From contig NC_068981.1 of NCBI RefSeq assembly GCF_001194135.2, positions 129,727,427 to 129,791,426 on the forward strand: a stretch of DNA of 64,000 nucleotides, in the 5' to 3' direction. A program made the position numbers and the translations under genes. Within the stretch, counting starts at the first letter, position 1, and every line of letters starts with the position of its first letter. Below, piece by piece: positions 52,690-64,000 of this stretch. The notes beneath the pieces were generated by a model. The model was given only the letters and a program-made list of their open reading frames with translations, was not told where the DNA came from and made no database searches. This DNA is from Octopus bimaculoides. Taxonomy: Eukaryota.

Positions 52690-53005
52690 ACACAGCTTTG
52701 TGGTTAGGTTATTTGGCTCACAATCATAAGGTCGTGAGTTCAATTCCCAGTGGTGTGTTGTGTTTTTGAGCAAGATACTTTATTTCACATTGCTCCAATT
52801 CACTCAGGTGGCAAAAAAAGGTAGTACCTGTATTTCAAAGAGCCAGCCTTGTCACACTCTGTGTCATGCTGAATCTCCCTGAGAACTACATTAAAGGTAC
52901 ATGTGTCTGTGGAGTGCTTGACCATTTGCATGTTAATTTCATGAGCAGACTGTTCCATTGATCAGATTAACTGGAGCCCACGTCATAACTGATGGAGTGC
53001 CAGTT
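52690..53005 (+). mobile_element. SINE family C variant (same head and central domain as 22795-23133, different tail)
   Basis: GGCTCACAATCATAAGGTCGTGAGTTCAATTCCC..TTGAGCAAGATACTTTATTTCACATTGCTCC. Confidence 0.7.
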
Positions 53006-53148
53006 AGTCATAACCTGAAACTATAGCATATAGAGACAAGTTGAGAGTAAATCCTTATTAAACATCTAGCTACACACTAAATTTGTCACTGAATTTAATG
53101 CCAATTTCGACCTTGCTTACAATATACTTATACATAAATTAAACCAGT

Positions 53149-53338
53149 TTAACCCTTTAGCATTTAAACTGGCCATATCCAGCCAAAATATTTTACTTGT
53201 TTATTGCTCAAACTGGTCAAATCTGGTCTCTTACACCTACCCTACAATGTCATTATAAAAATGAGCAATCAAATCATTGAAATCTCAAAGCTACAAGATA
53301 ATGCATAATTAATTCAAAAGAATGTGAATAAATAAACA
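53149..53338 (+). mobile_element. Left part of a TTAA-flanked (piggyBac-like) MITE
   Basis: Starts TTAACCCTTTAGC. A homologous right end (..GAATGTTAAAGGGCTAA) is seen at 13500-13572. Confidence 0.6.
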
Positions 53339-54053
53339 TGTCACTGAATTTAATGCCAATTTTGGCTTTGCTTACAATACTCATGTACATAAATTAAACT
53401 AATTTAATGAGGTACTCATATATTCTTAACCCTTTTGGTCCCTATTAGCTTAGAGTGTGCAAATGACAGGGAGGTCTTCTGCAATCCTTTGCCTATCTTG
53501 TGAGGAAATTTATGTTACCCTCAAGGAGTATAAAACTACATAGGGTGTGCATTTATTTTCCAATTTAATGGTGCTGTTGATGATACAATTGATGTAAATT
53601 GTTTTCTAAGCAGAAAAAAAAAAAAGGATGGTTTTAAAAGATGAATGACTGAATATGATGAAGACTAAATAGACACTCTTAGATTCAGTCCCTCAGACAT
53701 TATGATGTATTCTTTTCTTGCATAAAAATGAAAATTTCATCACAGATACAATAAGGAGAAAAAGAAGAACAAGAAAAAAAAAAAAAAAAGACTGAATAAT
53801 AAACACAAAAGGAAAATGTATAAGAAGAAAATCTGTAGGAGAACAAAGGAAAGAAATTAAAATGAAGTAAAAAGAAAGATAGAAAGATAGACAAAAGAAA
53901 GATAGAAAGATAGACAAAAGAAAGATATATTTCATCATGTTTCATTTAATTATTCCCTTTGGCAGAACATGACTCAAAGCTTCAGTCTATTAATATGAAG
54001 TAATGAAAATATAGATCATGTGTGTGTGCGTGCACACACACACACACACACAT

Positions 54054-54084
<31 letters not shown>

Positions 54085-54849
54085 TTATATTTATTTATAG
54101 ATATTAATGTATATGTATGCAAATAGATGTTTGTGTATACATATATTTACCCTCACCTCTCTCTCTCTATATATATATATATTCATACATGTATACACAA
54201 TATGTGATGCACTGTTAATAATAAGAAACAATTAAACAAATTTTCACTGTTCTTGCTCTGTGTTTGCATTACTGCTTTTAGATACGATTCAAGTGTCAAA
54301 TAATGGAAACATGAAACTTACAATGCCAATGTGTGAAATCACAGTTTTAATGGCTGTAGCCTGAATGTTGGATGATTATATATGTATTTTTTATTTACAT
54401 TTTATTGACATTTTTAGCACTTTCTTCCATTATCGGATTTATCAAAATATTGTTTAAAGTTAGATTTCTTGGTCTTTTTTATATATGAAGAATTTTGTGG
54501 GGTTTTCCAAGCAAGGGAAAAGAAAGAAGAAAAAATTTATTTGAGAAGGGGAGAGAGGTAAAGAGGCGAGACTTTTGTATTGGTATGGTCAGACTTGTTT
54601 GTGTAGTACTTAGTTGTCTTTTAAGGTGGGGTAGGAAGAAGAATTTTTGTATTTGAATTGGTCAAAGTTTTAATTGAAAATTCAGATGTTGTTTTTGACT
54701 TACTTCAGTGAAAATTATAATTGCATTTCCAGGTCCTGTTCTTTTGTATTCATTAAAGAATAGTTGTATGGAAGTGGTCGACTTTTTTTCATTGAAATTC
54801 TAGATGTCTTCAAAAGAGTGACTTTTGAGTTCACTATATACTCACACAG

Positions 54850-54903
<54 letters not shown>

Positions 54904-54933
54904 CACACACACGCACACACACATACATATACA

Positions 54934-54964
<31 letters not shown>

Positions 54965-55309
54965 GTACATGTTCATATTTGTGCACACAAACACATACCA
55001 CACATACAAAAGTACACATTATGATTTTTTTTTAAATGATTAATATAATTAAAGATTCATTTCTGTGGTTAAATAAATTTGGAAGATTTTGGTCATTTTA
55101 GCCACTACTCTTGATTTTTGTCTGATTTTTATCCTTCAGACTGCAAAATGGAATTTTAATGAAAAGCAATACACAATGCTGTCACAATTATATTTCCAAA
55201 TTCATCTATTCCTGGTTGGCTGTTTTGTTTTGAATATATTTTAAAGCTCCAACCTAGAATTTTCTAAAGGAGAAAGAGAACCAAGTACAGAAGAGGGAAA
55301 GCAGTTGTT

Positions 55310-56030
55310 CTTATAGATAGATTCCTTGGAGCAGAAGCGGTGTCTCCTGGAAATGATATTGTATGGTTTCACGTGCCTTACTATGGACCAAGTTATGCTG
55401 TACTTAATTTTATCCTCCTTCAGTCACCATACAATATCGGCCAAAGATGTTGAATGTCTCTTATTGATTGTCTTAAAGCTGGTGATATGGTTACGATAAC
55501 GATTCTTAAATGAATGTAAAAATATGCCCCTCCCCTTGTTTGCACGGTACATTTATATACAGGATTTGTACTCATATAGAGTACAATGGGAATTTTGATT
55601 TTCTCTGCATGAGAATTTATCATACTTATTTGTATATAAGGCAGTTTGGACCTCATTTTCCGACATTATTATCATGTTAGCCGTATCATATTTAATACTT
55701 TTCTTGCCGTATTGCGTGTTCATTTCTTTTTTGCATCTGTGATTTTATTTTTGATCTTCTATGCAAATGAAGATATTTCCTTCTTTTTGCTGCTTTACTT
55801 TCTATGAAATGAGAAGATGCATTGCGGAGACTATTATGCGGAGTTGTTTCTATTTATCACCCAATGAGACACATCTGTACCGCCGGATGCTCCTGAATCA
55901 GTTGTTGAGTGTCCCACCAATGTGGGATTGATGCTAGATGAGTCAAAACATTTGTCGTGATTAATAATAAATTCTTGTATATTCCATCTTCCATTTGCCA
56001 TATACATAACGATCACTGTGAAAGTGACTG
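55310..56030 (-). mobile_element. Decayed Penelope-like element (RT C-terminus plus GIY-YIG)
   Basis: NTARKVLNMIR..VYKCTVQTRGGAYFYI..SFKNRYRNHITSFKTINKRHSTSLADIVW*LKEDKIKYSITWSIV. Confidence 0.8.
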
Positions 56031-56989
56031 TGCTTTACTAGTAAGATACCAGGTGTAAACCATTTGTTAGATTATCCAATATATATATCATCAACACTAT
56101 ATTCAGGTTATAACAAGGAACAAAAACCCAAAAGTTTTGTCTACATGGCAGATGTAGTGTTGACAAGCATCAAAAGATGCTACACATACAGAAATTCATC
56201 AGAGTAAAAGCTAGCAGAATAGCTACAAGTTCTCTTTTAGAATCCAGGAAGACATAATGCTGTAACTTTAGCCAGTTGTATATGGTAATATTGTATGACA
56301 TCATTTGTAGTCTGCTGGAAAAATCCAGGCTGTATCTCAACAGCAATTGAAGATGCAGGCTCTTCTTGGTGGAGAAAAGGATCATTTTTAAGAACTCACA
56401 TGATCCAAGTCCTTTTCTGAACTGAAAAAGTAGAAGTTTTGTATGTTGTTCTCAGGAGCATGCATTGATTTTGGTGAATTTGCTAACATTGTCAAGTCTA
56501 AGTTTGCACTAGGAAATGATATACACTTCACCTATGGTTACTCCCATATCCTGTGCCATATCTGGTACAACCCTTTTTGGGGTTCTCCAACCCTCTCATG
56601 TTTTGCCTTCATCATTCATTATCATAATCATTTGCATTATTTCTATTATCATTGTTACCATTCTGTAATTTTAACACATCTTTCAAAGCTATGGGTTTTC
56701 ATTTCCTCTGTTTTCACAGCTTGACCTTTAACCTCAATCCATGGGAAATAACTTTTCCTATATTCTTTTTGTTTTTGCATTAAATTTTTACCAAATTTTT
56801 ATTCCACTAAAAAATATATACCTAAAACATTTTTTCGTGTAAGCATTGTAGTAACAGACTAAATGACTTTATTGACCTCTTGATATTAAATCCAAGTTTT
56901 TGTTCTTTACTGACATAATAGTCTACTGTTGCTGCATAATTACAGTCCACAAGTGACTGTCAGAATCAGAAAACCTACACTTATTATTT

Positions 56990-57920
56990 AAAGAATTTGG
57001 ACATTCAGTTACTACAGATACCAACTAATGCAGAGTTGACTTCCTGGATGTCATTCTAAGTCTTTCTACCTCACTTAGACAATCATTTATCAAAACTAAA
57101 GAATCTAAGAACTAGATTCACAAACTTTTTACCCACTCCTGGCATATAATTAATAATTCAGTTAAGAATATTTTTATAGAATCTCAAGCCTTTCTGTCAA
57201 TAAGCTAATTTTTAATGAAGCTGCACCTCACTACAATGGAGCACTAGGAATATCTTTAAAGAGAATATAATCTACCAAATATAACTCTAATACATATATT
57301 ACTTGTACAAACAATAGAGATAGAATCAGGAACATCATGTTGTAATCCAAAAGACAAATTCCTTTCCCACTAAGTTAGAAAACACTTTTACCTATAGCAT
57401 AAATATTTAATTAGAATACCATAAACTTATTTACTCAACCACACATGAAATTGCATAAGCCCTGTTTTATTCTAACATATACAAGCACAACTTTCACAAA
57501 TTCAAAAAAAAGAAACTGTAATTATATATATCTTAATCTTTACCTTTAGATTCTAGATGTCAGGATAGTTATGTAACTTACCAATAGAATGGTAAGATTA
57601 ACTTACCATACATAAGATTAACTTCTACTACATTCAAATTATGTTATATGAACTACATGTACACTTTCAGAAATCAATCTAAGAAAAGAAACGTCATTCT
57701 CTTATCTTACTTGGGAGTTATAAGTGAAGAATATTCAATACACATTCAAATGGAACATAGTATCTAGAATTAAGTCATGCTGGTAATAAGAGGACCATGT
57801 AATTTATGTACTATAGAAACTATGATCATCTTATTTCAAAAAGATAATATCCTATATATAAACACATGAAAAGAAGTCATCCGGGAACCATATGTTCTTA
57901 CAAATTTATCTCTACTATAA
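56990..57920 (+). mobile_element. Decayed Penelope-like element
   Basis: RVDFLDVILSL..SVNKLIFNEAAPHYNGAL..RNIM..IQYTFKWNIVSRIKSC..CNLCTIE. Confidence 0.75.
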
Positions 57921-58293
57921 AGCTTGAACATTGTCATACAAGTGACCAGATATGTATGTGAATTCATTACATTCTATCTACTGCCTTTTCAAACTGTGGT
58001 ATTAATTCATGGAAGTCAAAATCCAGTTCTACATATTTTACCTGATGTATATTTTTAAAGTTTGTAGCATCTAATTTATTTACTATTTTTTCTCTCTCTC
58101 TGTCTTTGTGTATGTGTGTGTATATGTGAGAGAGACTACATAATTATATGTCACACACACATACATATATATGTGTGTGTGTGTGTGAGAGAGAGAGACT
58201 GTACATGTTTATATGTACACACATGTGTATGTGTGTGTGTATGTGTGAGTGTATGTGTATGTATATATATGTATATATGTGTGTGTATGTGTG

Positions 58294-58327
<34 letters not shown>

Positions 58328-58517
58328 TGCATACATGTATATATGATTGTATGTGTCCTGATTGCTCAGAGAATTAATGGGAATATAAAGACCATACATG
58401 CATCAATTTTACTAAGTGTACCATTAAGCAAAATGAATAATAGTGTTTATATTTATGCTGTGGCATTTATAATTTTAAAGTACATTGGTCTTCAGTTTTA
58501 CAGCTGCATGCATGTAT

Positions 58518-58565
<48 letters not shown>

Positions 58566-59112
58566 CCTATTATAAATTTAAGTGATGTTTCTCTGTCCAT
58601 TACGTTTTTCTCTGTCGTTAACTCCTCCTAGACTATTGGTGCAAGGACAATGAAACTCAAACCAACAACTCCCTAATCCCAGGGAATGTCCTAAAGGGGT
58701 TTATTTTTTTAAGGTCCACCTAATTGGGGTCCCACTAAACCCCTATTTTTACTGCATTTCAAACAAAATACATGGCATTGGCAAGCAAATCAGAGCAATA
58801 ACAATGCATTTCATACCCTGAACTCCCAAGGAGTATCATAATGATGTTCAATTTCTGAAGGGCCGCTTAAATGGGGCCCTCACTGACAAACCCTAATTTT
58901 ACTGCATTCACCTTGCTCCTACGCCTATTGGTTAAACTGTGATCAGCATCAGTACTTAGCACATTTCCAGAAATATGTTTGGGCATTCTAAATACCTTCA
59001 TGTACATTCAAATCAAGATATAAATTATAACAGGTATGTTTCAAGTGTAGTAGTGTGAATATTTATATTTTGTTGTTTATGAAAGTTTTATGTCTAGTAC
59101 ACACACACACAC

Positions 59113-59184
<72 letters not shown>

Positions 59185-61092
59185 AAAATAAGCAACAAGA
59201 ATATCCAGAGGTAATGCAGTATGATCGTTTCATGCAACTCCATTTAATTGCACAATGTAATCATTACATCAATTTAAAATGCAGAGAAATCCTCAGCAGC
59301 ACAAAGACATAGAATTTAATTAAATTAGAACAGATGGACACATTAGTATAATTATACCTAAAATCTCCAAGAAGTTAAGCAGATAAACAAAGAACATGTT
59401 GCCTCTAATACAACATAGAAGTTAATAAATAAATAAATTGTCAAGAAGCCTTTGCCTGTCACTGATTATATTTGTTTTAATGGGATTGGTTTTAATTTAT
59501 AGGCTAGTTTATCAATCTAAGGCTGAGAGAATAAAGGGCATTATCTGTTGGGGGTAGGGCTGAGAGAGCAGACAAGTCAGTTGGTATAGTCATAAAAATC
59601 ATGAGGTTTGGTAAAGGAAAACTTAAAACAAGATGTTGGCTGACAACTAAGGGGTGGTCGCCCACTAGCAGACCATTGATAATGAAACAGGAGAAGTCTT
59701 ATCATGAAGTACTATAGTTAAATGTTTTAAAACAATGTTGCTATATTCTATACAGATAAAGTTTATGGTTATTCAGAGGGTTATTAAGAAGAATATATTA
59801 ACAAAAGAATAGAAATTTATGGATACTTTTGAGTATATACCAAACTTTTACCATAATAGAGGGAGGAAAAGAAATTATTCAGAAATAGTTTAATATTTAT
59901 ACGTATTGTACACTTAAATACTAACTCATCAGATGGTATCTGTGAATATTGATTAATTGCTATATACTGGTATTAATAAAGGAGTATTGAGTCAAAATAA
60001 CATTCTAGTCATATATTAATAAAATTATATTCTAAGCAGTTTTTTTTTATATGTAGTGAATATACCAGTATAGTTTTATATAAGCTAAGTATGAATTTAT
60101 AGATACAAAGATTAGCTTAATTTTTTATGAATAAATAAAGGCTAATTATAAATGAATAAAGAAATCAAATAAAATAATCAATTAGAGTAGAATACCATAG
60201 AAATAAAATAGCTTAATTACTAAAGCATATTTAGCTTATTAACACCAATAGAGAAGATTTGTAGAAAAAGTATAATAATTCAAAATATATTGGACTAAAA
60301 ATTATATATTTACCTATTTAGCTAATATCAATAAAAGACTGATGTCTGGTATCAGTTAAAGGAATATTTAAGTTATGGAACATTCAAATTTNNNNNNNNN
60401 NAGACTGATGTCTGGTATCAGTTAAAGGAATATTTAAGTTATGGAACATTCAAATTTTACACTAATCTTTCTATATATAAACTCAGGGATTATATTATAG
60501 GTTTAAGAAGTTATTATTGTTACTCCTTACATGATATTTATAGTTTCTTGGTGGTACTTGTTTAGAGGGGTTATTTATATAAAGGCCTTTATAAAATACT
60601 AAGATCAGGAGGTTAGAGCCATTTAAGAAAGCGATAAATCAAGTAATCTCTAAAGATCATTTCAAACAATATTGTCTTATTGTACAAAGTTAAAATTCAG
60701 GGTAATCAAGAAAATTATTAAGAATGAAATTTTAACAAAAGGATAAAACTTCTATAAATATTATGAGTAAATACCAAATTTTTTTTACCACAATAGAGGG
60801 AGGAAAAGAAAGTTACAAAGAAATTAGTTTAATATTTATTTACTTATTAGCTATTTAAATATTAATGTATTATATGGTTTCTTTAAAGATTGATCAATTG
60901 GATTTACCTGGTATTTAATAATGAACCAACCGAGGTATGCATATATATATATGTATACAGATATATATATATATATAACACCTCGTTCAGAGATTTAACA
61001 TTGCTTGTCTTCACTTTTTCGATATCAGTGAATAACTTCACTGGAAAAAGACTTATATATTGCCAAGGGATTGTCATTCTCATCAAAGGTCG

Positions 61093-61151
61093 GCGATTAT
61101 CGTACGCTGAAGAAGGGAAATAACCCTGAAACTCGGGTCCGTACGTATCGC
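61093..61151 (+). ncRNA. Type I hammerhead ribozyme with minimal stem III
   Basis: CUGAAGA (61107-61113), stem II AGGG/CCCU with AAAUAA loop, GAAA (61128-61131), AC-UCGG-GU stem III, GUC cleavage triplet (61137-61139), stem I CGUACG/CGUACG extended by GCGAU/AUCGC. Confidence 0.88.
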
Positions 61152-62294
61152 AGATCAAGATGGGAAGGATAACTTCCCTTGGCAAAAATAGACAGGACAC
61201 AGATATGTGTCGATAAGCCAGCTGGAGGAGATGTTCTCCTGGGGCTAAAAGCAACAGTAACATCCACCCTTAGGGGTCAGCCACATTTAAATGGCAAATA
61301 TACTTCACTTTATCGTGCAGTTACTGTTAACNNNNNNNNNNNNNNNNNNNNNNNNNNNNNNNNNNNNNNNNNNNNNNNNNNNNNNNNNNNNNNNNNNNNN
61401 NNNNNNNNNNNNNNNNNNNNNNNNNNNNNNNNNNNNNNNNNNNNNNNNNNNNNNNNNNNNNNNNNNNNNNNNNNNNNNNNNNNNNNNNNNNNNNNNNNNN
61501 NNNNNNNNNNNNNNNNNNNNNNNNNNNNNNNNNNNNNNNNNNNNNNNNNNNNNNNNNNNNNNNNNNNNNNNNNNNNNNNNNNNNNNNNNNNNNNNNNNNN
61601 NNNNNNNNNNNNNNNNNNNNNNNNNNNNNNNNNNNNNNNNNNNNNNNNNNNNNNNNNNNNNNNNNNNNNNNNNNNNNNNNNNNNNNNNNNNNNNNNNNNN
61701 NNNNNNNNNNNNNNNNNNNNNNNNNNNNNNNNNNNNNNNNNNNNNNNNNNNNNNNNNNNNNNNNNNNNNNNNNNNNNNNNNNNNNNNNNNNNNNNNNNNN
61801 NNNNNNNNNNNNNNNNNNNNNNNNNNNNNNNNNNNNNNNNNNNNNNNNNNNNNNNNNNNNNNNNNNNNNNNNNNNNNNNNNNNNNNNNNNNNNNNNNNNN
61901 NNNNNNNNNNNNNNNNNNNNNNNNNNNNNNNNNNNNNNNNNNNNNNNNNNNNNNNNNNNNNNNNNNNNNNNNNNNNNNNNNNNNNNNNNNNNNNNNNNNN
62001 NNNNNNNNNNNNNNNNNNNNNNNNNNNNNNNNNNNNNNNNNNNNNNNNNNNNNNNNNNNNNNNNNNNNNNNNNNNNNNNNNNNNNNNNNNNNNNNNNNNN
62101 NNNNNNNNNNNNNNNNNNNNNNNNNNNNNNNNNNNNNNNNNNNNNNNNNNNNNNNNNNNNNNNNNNNNNNNNNNNNNNNNNNNNATATATATATATATAT
62201 ATATATATACATATGTATGTATATATGTATACATATTTATTTATTTATTTATCTATGGGTTTCAGCCAAGTGGCTGTGGTCATGCTGGAGCACC

Positions 62295-64000
62295 ACCGTG
62301 ATTCTCCGTCTTTATGCTGTGCTCTCTTCACGTTCCTTGCATGGCTCTTCTCTGCCACCTGATGTAGTCCAATCAAGACTTTCGATGGCACATCTGGTGT
62401 ATAAGAGAATTTGACATTGCTGCCCTCAACTGTGTCTCATTTCGAGCAATTGGTTCATATAGTATCGTGGATAGGAAAGTGTTATGTTTTGTTTTGAAGA
62501 CCTCTATATCCATGTCTTGCAGGTTTCTCAATTGTTTTGGCAGGGCATTAAAGAGCTGAGGTCCTCCGAAACCGAGGCTGTTGCAGTACCTTGTTCTTAT
62601 GTGAGATGCAGTGGACGGTACCCTTGGTACTATGCAGTGGTGACCTGTGCGGGCATTCTTGTAGTACTTGATGCCAAAGTTTGGCACCAGTCCTTCCAGT
62701 ATTTTCCATATGTATATTATTACATATCCCTCCCACCTGCACTCCAGGGAGTAGAGACTTAGTGCCTTCAGTCACTCCCTGTAGTTCATCTGCTGGACTG
62801 TGGCAATCTTTTCTGTATAGTGCCGCTGAATTGCCTTGAGTTCTGCTGTCAGCTTGACACTGTGTGGTGACCACAACTGAGAGCAATAGTCTAGTCAGAA
62901 CAAATGTCTTCCATAGAGTCAACATGACTTTTTGATCCCTTGTTCTGAATGTCGTCAGTATCCACCCTGCCAGTTGTCTGCACTTTGCTGCCAACTTGAC
63001 AATGTGCATGTGAAATGATGCATCACTACGCATACTGTTGCTCAAGTCTCTCACTGTTTGTGGTTCTGGGATTGCAGTACCTCCAGGTCCTGTGTATGCC
63101 AGTTGGGAGGTGCTTGTGGTCTTGTAGCACAGTACTTGAAATTTTTTAGCATTGAACAGAATATTATTTTGCTCTGCCCACTTGTATATTGCATTTAGGT
63201 CATTCTGCTTATGACATCATCAAGATTCTTTATTGCCTGAGATAGTTTTGTGTCATCAGCGTAGCTAGTGACAATGGCTGTCCAAGTGACCGTGGGCATG
63301 TCCAGAAGGGCTACTATGAACAGTAGTGGCCCCAGGACAGTTCCTTGTGGAACACCGCTCAATATTTGCATTTCTCCAGATAATTCTCCATTGGCTGCAA
63401 CTATCTGACTTCTACCATTCAGGAAGTCATGCAGCCACTCTCCTAATTTACCAGCTATGCCAAGGTTTTGCAGCTTGTGACATATCATGCCATGATTAAC
63501 TTTGTCAAAGGTTTTTGCAAAGTCGAGATATATCACATCAACATTTGAATGGTCATGTAGCTGCTTCAGGACCCAGCCATAATGCTGCAAGAGCTGCGTG
63601 AGGCAGCTTCTACCTGGATGGAAACCATGCTGGGTCTCATTCAGCAAGTCATTTTCTTCTAGGAACGCAATCAATNNNNNNNNNNNNNNNNNNNNNNNNN
63701 NNNNNNNNNNNNNNNNNNNNNNNNNNNNNNNNNNNNNNNNCACTATTACATCTTCCTCTTCAATGTCAATGTAGGTAATGGATGCAGTATTATTCTGCTG
63801 AGTGATATTGTCAAAGAAATCAGCTGGGTTCTTTATCTGCATGTGACTCAGAGGAGAAGTGAAAACACTCTTGAATTGCGCACTGAGCACTTCACTTATC
63901 CATGTGGAGTCTGCAGTCAGTGAGCCATTAGGCAGGAATAGGGGTCCTATTTTGTACTGTGCCGTGGCAGTCTCCTTTGCAAATCTATAGAAAGCCTTGG
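62295..64000 (-). mobile_element. CR1-clade LINE ORF2 (RT) fragment, frameshifted, continuing beyond the window
   Basis: QHGFHPGRSCLTQLL..DVIYLDFAKTFDKV..SGVPQGTVLGPLLF..YADDTKL, then LAGWILTTFRTRD..LWKT and SLGFGGPQLFNALP. Confidence 0.93.

Noticed and set aside
59340-60880. Possible NUMT based on mtDNA-like AT richness
   Set aside because: No recognisable mitochondrial protein, rRNA or tRNA motif; the internal repeat and RKRK..FN motif favour a retroelement relic.

Overview
AT-rich, microsatellite-dense, gapped eukaryotic draft sequence. The SINE and RTE families resemble those of octopod cephalopods (inference from recalled repeat families, not a database search). No intact host protein-coding gene, rRNA, tRNA gene or CRISPR array is supported; most long entries in the ORF track are microsatellite or N-gap artefacts. 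The window is mostly transposon relics: a complete but decayed Buster/Charlie-type hAT, internally deleted mariner and maT elements, many RTE LINE pieces, CR1/L2-group and R4/Dong LINE pieces, a Helitron helicase fragment, several Penelope-like (PLE) relics and three tRNA-derived SINE families. Three things stand out. (1) An intact-looking type I hammerhead ribozyme at 61093-61151 sits on a long interrupted helix within ~300 nt of densely base-paired sequence that runs into an 853-N gap, a retrozyme-like candidate. (2) A miniature non-coding LTR element with a 19-nt tRNA-Trp primer-binding site and a 4-bp TSD splits an RTE ORF (41268-42627). (3) A ~345-bp spacer-less foldback lies at 20039-20385.
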